The notes under the pieces: model-generated
Database searches by the model: none
Told to the model about the DNA's origin: nothing
Seen by the model: only the letters and a program-made list of their open reading frames with translations
Shown here: positions 1-5,273 of the stretch, piece by piece
How positions within the stretch are numbered: position 1 is the first letter of the stretch
Layout of the letters: each line of letters opens with the position of its first letter
Made by a program: the position numbers and the translations under genes
Virus record (IMG/VR): IMGVR_UViG_2648501165_000007
Location: 1-6,904 of that record
Origin: a virus
Lineage: Duplodnaviria; Heunggongvirae; Uroviricota; Caudoviricetes
DNA length: 6,904 nucleotides
Reading direction: 5' to 3' (one strand)

Positions 1-9
1 CTAATTCAC

Positions 10-402
10 TCACAGTACCGCCTCCTGAAAGTTTCCCCGATAGAACGCCAGCACACGCTGCATAACTTCGCTCTGGCGGCACTCACGACAAATTATGTTC
101 TGCCGTCTGTTGTAACGACGTATTTCTCCGTCAGGTAACTTTCGAATCAGTGTCGGGTCAGCAGCCTTCTCCGGTGTCTTACGCCATACGCGATACGCCT
201 GCTCTGATGGAAATACCCCGCAACCAGAGAGCCAGACATCACCACTGGCCGCAAGCGCACCAGATAAACAACGAATAGCGGTCTTACTGACACCCGTTTT
301 ATCTGCCAGTTGTCGAAAAGTTTCTCGTCCGCTCAGGCGCACGAATTCCACAATGCGCGCCTTCACTTCTTCCCGCTCTTCTGGTGTAAATACTTTTGCC
401 AT
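10..402 (-). CDS. hypothetical prophage protein, 130 aa from the ATG at 402 (the track ORF extends to a TTG at 417); possible HTH segment
   Basis: ORF track 10..417. The ATG at 400-402 is preceded on the minus strand by GGAGG about 5 nt upstream. The TTG at 415-417 abuts the stop of the upstream gene with no RBS. Segment FRQLADKTGVSKTAIRCL looks helix-turn-helix-like. No family recognised. Confidence 0.5.
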   Translation of the reverse strand: MAKVFTPEEREEVKARIVEFVRLSGRETFRQLADKTGVSKTAIRCLSGALAASGDVWLSGCGVFPSEQAYRVWRKTPEKAADPTLIRKLPDGEIRRYNRRQNIICRECRQSEVMQRVLAFYRGNFQEAVL

Positions 403-417
403 AAGCGCCTCCGGCAA

Positions 418-1188
418 TCACTTTTCCGATACAACACGGCGGGAAGAATCAGTAATCTGTCGAACAATATCCCGGTGCTTGTTCAGCTCCCGCAGCGCGG
501 CGCAGACTCGCTCCCACTTCTGGACATCACTTTTCGCCCTGCGCAGCGCCAGGTTTGCCCTGCGCAGGGACGGAAAAATCAGCTCATCTGCTTGCGTTTC
601 GGTAAACGATAGCAACGGCTGCACAATGTCCGCCACAGTTTCTGTTTTAATTTCTTCCTGTGTTGCGGCTTCCCGGACTGGTAACGCAGCACCTGCTGGC
701 TGAGGAAAGGCCTTACCATCATTTTTCGTTACCGGCGCGGCTTTCGGATCTGCTGGTAAATTACCCCCCGACATGCAGTAACGAAATTTACCGTTCTGAT
801 TAACGCGTGCCAGCCGCCCCGTTGCGGTTACCACCGCCAGCGTGGAAGCAACCTTGCGAGTACTGACGCCAACCTTCCCCGCCAGTTCCTCACACGTTTT
901 AGCACCATCCTGACCGATAAACTCAACCATCATGTCTGCGGTAACTTTTGGAGCGACCTCTTCGGTTACCACATCCGGCGCTTCAGGTTGTAGTGCCTGC
1001 CCTTCGGTTACCCCAGCTTCACCTTCGACAGCCAGAAACCAGGTGTGACCCGTTTTATCAACAACGCCATTTTTTTTGAGTTCCCACAGTTCGTTAAGAA
1101 CTTCTTCACGGCTGATATCAAGCCGCGCCGCCAGTTCAACAGAATTGGCTTTTCCCATCGCTTTCAGTGCATGCAATACAGTTTCCAT
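418..1188 (-). CDS. hypothetical prophage protein, 256 aa, acidic, with winged-helix-like segments
   Basis: Long ORF with ATG at 1186-1188 and a GAGGT-type RBS about 9 nt upstream on the minus strand. Same orientation as the replication genes and tightly packed (DnaC-like stop at 1214). HTH-like stretches NSVELAARLDISREEVLNEL and KTCEELAGKVGVSTRKVAS. Resembles a recurrent enterobacterial prophage protein from memory only. Confidence 0.6.
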   Translation of the reverse strand: METVLHALKAMGKANSVELAARLDISREEVLNELWELKKNGVVDKTGHTWFLAVEGEAGVTEGQALQPEAPDVVTEEVAPKVTADMMVEFIGQDGAKTCEELAGKVGVSTRKVASTLAVVTATGRLARVNQNGKFRYCMSGGNLPADPKAAPVTKNDGKAFPQPAGAALPVREAATQEEIKTETVADIVQPLLSFTETQADELIFPSLRRANLALRRAKSDVQKWERVCAALRELNKHRDIVRQITDSSRRVVSEK

Positions 1189-1213
1189 CGAAAATTTACC
1201 TCGTCAAAAATTC

Positions 1214-1954
1214 TCACATACCCTGACGTCCAACGTTTGACCGCCAGCTCTCCCAGTTAAAATTCACCCAACGACCACCATTCATGGTCATACGGTCCAT
1301 CACCCGATCTCCGAGGAGTGTGCTCATCGCTGCGTGATTCAGGTTCGTCAGCATTCCGACACTACGCATCGAAGCCGTTCTGCGGTCGACTATCTGGTTC
1401 AGCGTGACCTGCTCGTTGCGCGTATCCCGCTGCATGCCAATTTCATCAAGGACCAGAAGGTCAACTCCACAAAGCTCCTGTAAAAATTTTTCCCCGGACT
1501 GGCCGTTGTCGTAGCCGTCATGCAACACGCTCATGACATCGGACACGGTGACGATAATCACGCTTCTCCCCTTCGCCATCAGCCGATTGCCAATCGCTGC
1601 TGCCAGGTGATTTTTACCGGTACCAGGTTTACCGCTGAACACGAAGTTTGTACATCCGGTCATCAATTCATCGGCAATGGATTTCGCCTGGCTCAGAGCA
1701 TGGCGCTGACCGTCGTTCTGCACCTGGTAATTCGCAAACGAGCATTTACGGTGCAACGGCTGGATGCCTGAACGATTCAGAATTTTTTCCACCCGCAACT
1801 GGCGATTCAGGCGGTTGATCTCCTCGCTACGTTTCTGGCCTTCAGCAAGTTGCCACTCGCGCCACTCCGCTACCGTTCTGAATGGGGCGGTTACATGTGG
1901 CGGGGTCAGTCGGCGGATGCGTTCCAGAACGCCGCCTGTCGCAATATTTTTCNN
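1214..1954 (-). CDS. ydaV: DnaC-like replicative helicase loader (AAA+), YdaV-like
   Basis: Walker A FSGKPGTGKNHLAAAIG and Walker B LLVLDEIG in the track ORF 1214..1798. Manual upstream translation in the same frame gives KNIATGGVLERIRRLTPPHVTAPFRTVAEWREWQLAEGQKRSEEINRLNRQL, which aligns with the remembered YdaV N-terminus. The inferred ATG (plus 1952-1954, c+NN) lies inside the N run, so the start is inferred rather than seen. Confidence 0.8.
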   Translation of the reverse strand, partial: XKNIATGGVLERIRRLTPPHVTAPFRTVAEWREWQLAEGQKRSEEINRLNRQLRVEKILNRSGIQPLHRKCSFANYQVQNDGQRHALSQAKSIADELMTGCTNFVFSGKPGTGKNHLAAAIGNRLMAKGRSVIIVTVSDVMSVLHDGYDNGQSGEKFLQELCGVDLLVLDEIGMQRDTRNEQVTLNQIVDRRTASMRSVGMLTNLNHAAMSTLLGDRVMDRMTMNGGRWVNFNWESWRSNVGRQGM

Positions 1955-2721
1955 NNNNNNNNGTCCGGCAACGAGACAGTGTTAACCTGTCGGAGCAACG
2001 TCTCAGGCCGAACACCTTTCGGCGCGAACAGGCCCTGGTATTCATTGGCGATGCTGTGTCGAATCACCTGCTCAGGTGAAAAACCCTGCTGGCGGAATTT
2101 TTCCAGCTCCCGTATCGCCCCGTTAGCGCCCTGCTCCGTTCGAATCGGTTTACGCAATGCCTGCCTGAACTTAACCCACTCATGCCAGAGTGTTTCCGGC
2201 AACCAGTCAGGCAGCTCGATAGCCTCCGGCTCGAATTTTTTAGACGCTCGTTTTTGGCGAGGGGGATTTAGGGGGAGATCAGTATTTATATCTTCCTCTT
2301 CCTCTTCCTCTGGTAACGCTTTTTGATCCGTTTGTGTAACGCTGCCAGCGTTACCTTTTCGTTTCAGTTCGCGTATTTTTGTAACTCGCTCGTTTGTAAC
2401 CGCCCGTTTTTTAGAGCTTTTTCCGTTATGACGTTCAAAGTTAGGTAGAGAAAGCCCACCGTCATTTTCGACCAGCCATCCAACCTGAATTAACGCATCA
2501 GCAAAACCAGCCATAAAAGTGATGCGGTCTATTGCACTTTTTGTAACGCCGCGAGCGTTACAATCTGCATTACCGTCTATCATTTGTTGATCCGCCCATG
2601 CCCAGAAGCGAATAACCTTCCCTAATGCGGCATCTGGATCAATATTCAGAATCTCAGCAAGCCTGAATATTTCCGGCTTATCCGGCGTAATAACCTCGAG
2701 CTTTATCCAGTTTGAAGCCAT
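1951..2721 (-). CDS. ydaU: replication initiation / replisome organiser protein, YdaU-like (functional analogue of lambda O)
   Basis: ATG at 2719-2721 with AAGGTG RBS. N-terminal region MASNWIKLEVITPDKPEIFRLAEI...GVTKSAIDRITFMAGFADALIQVGWL is typical of phage replisome-organiser N domains. Poly-Glu linker (EEEEEE, 2293-2310) separates N- and C-terminal parts. The 3' end is masked by the N run 1953-1962; the stop was placed at 1951-1953 (Nga on minus), assuming an ATGA overlap with the ydaV-like start. The track ORF reads through to 1906 in an unreliable frame. Confidence 0.65.
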
Positions 2722-2754
2722 TTGTTTTCACCTTGTAACGCTCGCAGCGTTACA
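2312..2754. repeat. dispersed palindromic sites TGTAACGC-N3-5-GCGTTACA (three full copies plus half-sites) within and upstream of the ydaU-like gene
   Basis: Full inverted repeats at 2335-2354 (TGTAACGCT gcc AGCGTTAC), 2542-2562 (TGTAACGC cgcga GCGTTACA) and 2734-2754 (TGTAACGCT cgc AGCGTTACA, perfect 9-3-9). Half-sites GGTAACGCT 2312-2320, TGTAAC 2380-2385, TGTAACCGC 2395-2403. Confidence 0.7.
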
Positions 2755-2798
2755 TTTAACTGATACCGAACAAAACAATCCGGCACGATCAATTTCAA

Positions 2799-3221
2799 TC
2801 AATGCACTACGACAGAATCGCCGGGCGACCCACCACCGCTGAAATGTGCTTTCCGGTAAACGGCCTGGACTGCATCATCATGCGCATCAATTGCCGTACT
2901 CAACGCTTCCTGCGCCGCCAGTAATGCACGGCGTTCCAGGGTATCGAAGATACGGAGTCGGTGACGCAGCTCGCGCGGAAGAATTGCCAGAACCGCAGGG
3001 ATCAGTTTCTGAATTTTTTCCCTTTGCGCTTTCGTTTCACCTTTCAACCAACGGTGATAGATATTCTGCTGATTGTTCCAGTCCTTGCCTGGTACAAGGG
3101 GCAATTCGCCGCCCCCCTGGCGCAGATATTCTTCAGTAATTGCGTTAGCGACCCACGCCTGCCCTTTTTCGGCTGCCAGGGCCAACAACACTGATTCGAT
3201 ATGCTCATGCCTGATTTTCAT
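2799..3221 (-). CDS. ydaT: YdaT-like protein (reported functional equivalent of CII-type regulators in Rac-like prophages)
   Basis: 140-aa ORF starting MKIRHEHIESVLLALAAEKGQAWVANAITEEYLRQGGGELPLVPGKDW, matching the remembered YdaT sequence and length. Its ATG (3219-3221) overlaps the stop of the Cro-like gene in an ATGA arrangement, indicating translational coupling. Confidence 0.65.
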   Translation of the reverse strand: MKIRHEHIESVLLALAAEKGQAWVANAITEEYLRQGGGELPLVPGKDWNNQQNIYHRWLKGETKAQREKIQKLIPAVLAILPRELRHRLRIFDTLERRALLAAQEALSTAIDAHDDAVQAVYRKAHFSGGGSPGDSVVVH

Positions 3222-3460
3222 GAATCAACCGCTCCTATGCTGTTTTCGCTATGCTTACCGTCTGGGGGGAATACATCGTCAAGTCCACAATGAGCGCCAA
3301 GCCGATTAAGGGTAGAAACAATTTTTCTGCACTCCTCTAGCCCAGGGGTACGAAAATTTGCTTCGTAATTTGCCAGTCGGCTTTGTATCCACCCTAACTG
3401 AACAGCGAGTTGTCTTTGAGACAACCCAAGCTGTTTTCGATATGTTGAAATTTTGTTCAT
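3218..3460 (-). CDS. Cro-like HTH (XRE-family) regulator, 80 aa
   Basis: HTH segment LSQRQLAVQLGWIQSRLANYEA. ATG at 3458-3460 with GGAGG RBS about 7 nt upstream on the minus strand. Divergent from the repressor gene and first gene of the replication-side operon. Confidence 0.7.
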   Translation of the reverse strand: MNKISTYRKQLGLSQRQLAVQLGWIQSRLANYEANFRTPGLEECRKIVSTLNRLGAHCGLDDVFPPDGKHSENSIGAVDS

Positions 3461-3556
3461 TGAAAACCTCCGATGACAATTTTAAACACACCTTGTGTTA
3501 TATGGTCAAGCTGTTTTGTGTTTTATGTAAATCACGATTCGTGATACAAGGATGCA
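3461..3556. promoter_or_regulatory. divergent promoter/operator region between the Cro-like and repressor genes
   Basis: Candidate minus-strand promoter: -35 TTGACC (plus 3504-3509), 17-bp spacer, -10 TTTAAA (plus 3481-3486). Inverted repeat AACACA cct TGTGTT (3485-3499) overlaps its -10. Second perfect palindrome ATCACGA t TCGTGAT at 3531-3545, 12 bp upstream of the repressor ATG. No convincing plus-strand -10/-35 found by eye. Confidence 0.55.
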
Positions 3557-3976
3557 ATGGAAAAAGAAAACGAAAAAATTGCCGCTAGTAGGCTCAATGA
3601 CAAAATTGCAATGCGTCTTAAAGAGCGCAGGCAGAAGCTTGGTTTATCTCAAGGAAAACTTGCTGAAATCTGCGGATGGACGCAATCGCGTATAGGTAAC
3701 TATGAGGCGGGCAGCAGAAATGTTGGAGTGCATGACGCTGTCGTATTGGGAAAGGCACTTGGCATATCTCCTCCTGAGCTCCTCTTTGGAGAACAGGAAT
3801 CTTCTGAATTGTGGTTAAATGAATCCCAACGAAAACTTCTTGAGTTGTTTAACCAGCTACCGGGCTCAGAACAACAACGAATGATTGAGTTATTTGAAGT
3901 CCGGCTAAAAGAAATCGATGAGTATGTAGAAAAATATTTGAGAGGCAGGCTTAAAGATAATCCCCCACCGGAGTAA
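3557..3976 (+). CDS. DicA-like HTH repressor (CI-type immunity repressor lacking a peptidase domain), 139 aa
   Basis: HTH LSQGKLAEICGWTQSRIGNYEAG near the N-terminus, followed by LLFGEQ and KLLELFNQLPGSEQQ, matching the remembered DicA architecture (ELLELFNALPESEQ). AAGGA RBS 4 nt before the ATG. Divergent from the Cro-like gene. Confidence 0.75.
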   Translation: MEKENEKIAASRLNDKIAMRLKERRQKLGLSQGKLAEICGWTQSRIGNYEAGSRNVGVHDAVVLGKALGISPPELLFGEQESSELWLNESQRKLLELFNQLPGSEQQRMIELFEVRLKEIDEYVEKYLRGRLKDNPPPE

Positions 3977-4005
3977 TGATCTTGCTATCACAGTAATATG
4001 CCAAT

Positions 4006-4031
4006 CAGCCCGCTATCAGCGGGCTTTTTTG
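4006..4031 (+). terminator. intrinsic terminator after the repressor gene
   Basis: Stem AGCCCGCT (4007-4014) / AGCGGGCT (4018-4025) with short loop ATC, followed by a T tract to 4030; lies 30 nt after the repressor stop. Confidence 0.7.
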
Positions 4032-4072
4032 TACCATCATCATATGACACCCACCACAAAACACATTTCGTG

Positions 4073-4101
4073 TTGACACAAGAAAACGCATTGTGTTTAA
4101 T
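4073..4101 (+). promoter_or_regulatory. sigma70-type promoter TTGACA-17-TTTAAT with an inverted repeat in the spacer (operator-controlled promoter of the leftward operon)
   Basis: TTGACA at 4073-4078, 17-bp spacer, TTTAAT at 4096-4101. Inverted repeat ACACAA (4076-4081) / TTGTGT (4091-4096) sits in the spacer. A further AACAC attt c GTGTT repeat lies at about 4059-4073. Half-sites resemble the ACACA/TGTGT repeat in the 3461-3556 region. Confidence 0.6.
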
Positions 4102-4281
4102 AAGCATATCCAAACAACGCCCCACCAGAGAACGGCAGGACAATACCTCGAGTTATCCAGCCACTGAACAGGGCTAAGTAGCCAGCCTGAGGCATACGAA
4201 CATGACGGCAGTTGTTGATTGATACAAAGCGCAGTAGATAAAACGTTCCGCCACCCGGCGTTAAGGGGAAATGAGGTCAAC

Positions 4282-4434
4282 ATGGATACTATCGATCTTG
4301 GCAACAACGAATCTCTGGTATGTGGCGTGTTTCCCAATCAGGACGGCACATTCACCGCCATGACGTATACCAAAAGCAAAACGTTTAAAACCGAAGCTGG
4401 CGCACGTCGCTGGCTTGCCAGAAATACTTGCTAA
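4282..4434 (+). CDS. ydaF: small protein, YdaF/YdfA-like, 50 aa
   Basis: ATG at 4282 with GAGG 5 nt upstream. Translation MDTIDLGNNESLVCGVFPNQDGTFTAMTYTKSKTFKTEAGARRWLARNTC matches the remembered Rac YdaF / Qin YdfA small proteins in length and sequence. The track ORF 4219..4434 starts further upstream without an RBS. Confidence 0.55.
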   Translation: MDTIDLGNNESLVCGVFPNQDGTFTAMTYTKSKTFKTEAGARRWLARNTC

Positions 4435-4656
4435 TCCATTATTTGGATTAATTCAATATTCTCGCTGTAGGGGTATAGCAGAAACCACCAAAGCCCGGAG
4501 GTGGTGAAATAAAANNNNNNNNNNATTTAAAACTGAAACAGGCGCACGTCGCTGGCTTGCCAAAAATACCAGCTAATCCATTTATTGGATTAATTCAATA
4601 TTCTCGCTGTAGAGGTATAGCCGAGGCCACCAAAGCCCGGAGGTGGTGAAATAAAA
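4384..4656 (+). repeat. tandem direct duplication, two units offset by 142 bp and roughly 90 percent identical
   Basis: 4384-4514 aligns with 4526-4656 at a constant offset of 142, with scattered substitutions. Unit 1 covers the last 17 codons of the ydaF-like gene plus about 80 bp downstream. Each unit carries a hairpin TAATCCA (5 nt) TGGATTA directly after the stop codon. The junction is masked by N 4515-4524. Confidence 0.8.
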
Positions 4657-4759
4657 CCGGGCATAACACGAAGGCGCATTTCCGGTATCCATAAAGAGTC
4701 GGTCTTGTCTGTCAAATTTAAATGGTGGGAGTGCGCCTCCGGTTGTGAATAACAACACT

Positions 4760-4821
4760 GCTGTGTGTAGTCTTGGCGGCATCAGTTTTTTCTTGAAGTT
4801 CGACTGATGTCCGCCCTTTTT
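4760..4821 (+). ncRNA. dicF: DicF-like small RNA (cell-division-inhibiting sRNA family of Qin-type prophages)
   Basis: TTGGCGGCATCAGTTTT and GACTGATGTCCGCCCTTTTT resemble the remembered DicF core (UUUGGCGGUAUCAGUUUU ... GACUGCUCUGCCGCCC). Hairpin GGCGGCATCAG (4775-4785) / CTGATGTCCGCC (4804-4815) followed by TTTTT (4817-4821) forms the terminator. The 5' boundary is approximate. Confidence 0.5.
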
Positions 4822-5129
4822 AAAGTGAATTTTGTGATGCNNNNNNNNNNAAGCTATTGTCCTTCGTAGCAGAGTTATGGGTGAAATATCCGGCGTTAAT
4901 TGTTAACTGGTTAACGTCACCTGGAGGCACCAGGCACCGCATCAACAAAGTTCACTTCAGTGATGAAAGGTGAGAGAAAATGTTGAATGTAGCTATTGAA
5001 AACCAGAACGGGTGGAATTATAGTGCACCTGCACCTCATAAAACGGGTGCCGGGATTTGCACCCCGATGATCACTAGAGCGCATAACCGCGCCAAAGCGG
5101 TTTTTTTATGCGTAAAGCGCAGCCACATT

Positions 5130-5215
5130 CAGATTATGGTGGGGCGTATGGGGCCGTTTTCGGGCGGGCCGGATTCTCTAGTGACCGGTAGTGCAAACCC
5201 TGTACGTCTCACCAC
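5130..5215 (+). ncRNA. candidate c4-like antisense regulatory RNA embedded in the leader of the Rha gene
   Basis: Element a' CTCTAGTGA (5176-5184) and b' GTGCAAA (5191-5197) are complementary to two upstream/downstream pairs: b1 TTTGCAC 5056-5062 and a1 TCACTAGAG 5071-5079; b2 TTTGCAC 5224-5230 and a2 TCACTAGAG 5256-5264. a' is flanked by CCGG/CCGG, which could close a loop. Boundaries are guessed. Confidence 0.4.
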
Positions 5216-5273
5216 CCATGAGATTTGCACCTCCGGTGGTGAGTTTACCAACTTATCACTAGAGGCTGCCATC

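Noticed and set aside
310-703. Plus-strand ORFs 310..612 and 353..703
   Set aside because: Antisense to the better-supported minus-strand genes, no RBS, low-complexity Ser/Arg-rich translations.
1953-1962. Runs of exactly 10 N at 1953-1962, 4515-4524 and 4841-4850 as possible biological features
   Set aside because: Identical length and placement at junctions indicate masking or scaffold gaps. They limit interpretation of three junctions but are not features.
1045-2326. Plus-strand ORFs 1045..1260, 1520..1771, 1764..1985, 1850..2326, 1882..2079 and minus-strand ORF 1842..2045
   Set aside because: All overlap the DnaC-like and YdaU-like genes on the opposite strand or in another frame. Several read through the N run, and none has a start context or recognisable domain.
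2846-3588. ORFs 2846..3139 (+), 2961..3194 (+), 3073..3309 (+), 3306..3491 (-), 3358..3588 (+)
   Set aside because: They overlap the YdaT-like and Cro-like genes or the divergent promoter region and lack RBSs. The in-frame, motif-bearing alternatives explain the region.
4005-4337. Minus-strand ORF 4005..4337 (110 aa)
   Set aside because: Spans the repressor terminator, the leftward promoter/operator and the ydaF-like start on the opposite strand. Cys/Trp-rich translation with no RBS, consistent with a chance ORF.
4574-4656. Rho-independent terminator after the ydaF-like gene formed by the TAATCCA/TGGATTA hairpin or the CCACC/GGTGG element
   Set aside because: Neither hairpin is followed by a U tract on the plus strand, so a canonical terminator is not supported. 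Kept only as repeat-associated structure.
4582-4782. Minus-strand ORF 4582..4782 (66 aa)
   Set aside because: Antisense to the second repeat unit and the start of the DicF-like sRNA; no RBS or recognisable motif.
5130-5215. Possible tRNA or tRNA-like gene (G-rich arms, ACCACCCA near the 3' side)
   Set aside because: No T-loop GTTCRANYC motif, no convincing 7-bp acceptor stem or anticodon arm by eye. The complementarity pattern fits an antisense regulator better.
4980-5273. N-terminal 98 codons of the track ORF 4980..5828, which would fuse an extra domain onto the Rha protein
   Set aside because: The region is full of repeated and complementary motifs and a terminator-like hairpin, has no recognisable protein features, and the Rha homology begins at the internal ATG 5274, which has its own RBS. 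Interpreted as a structured RNA leader.
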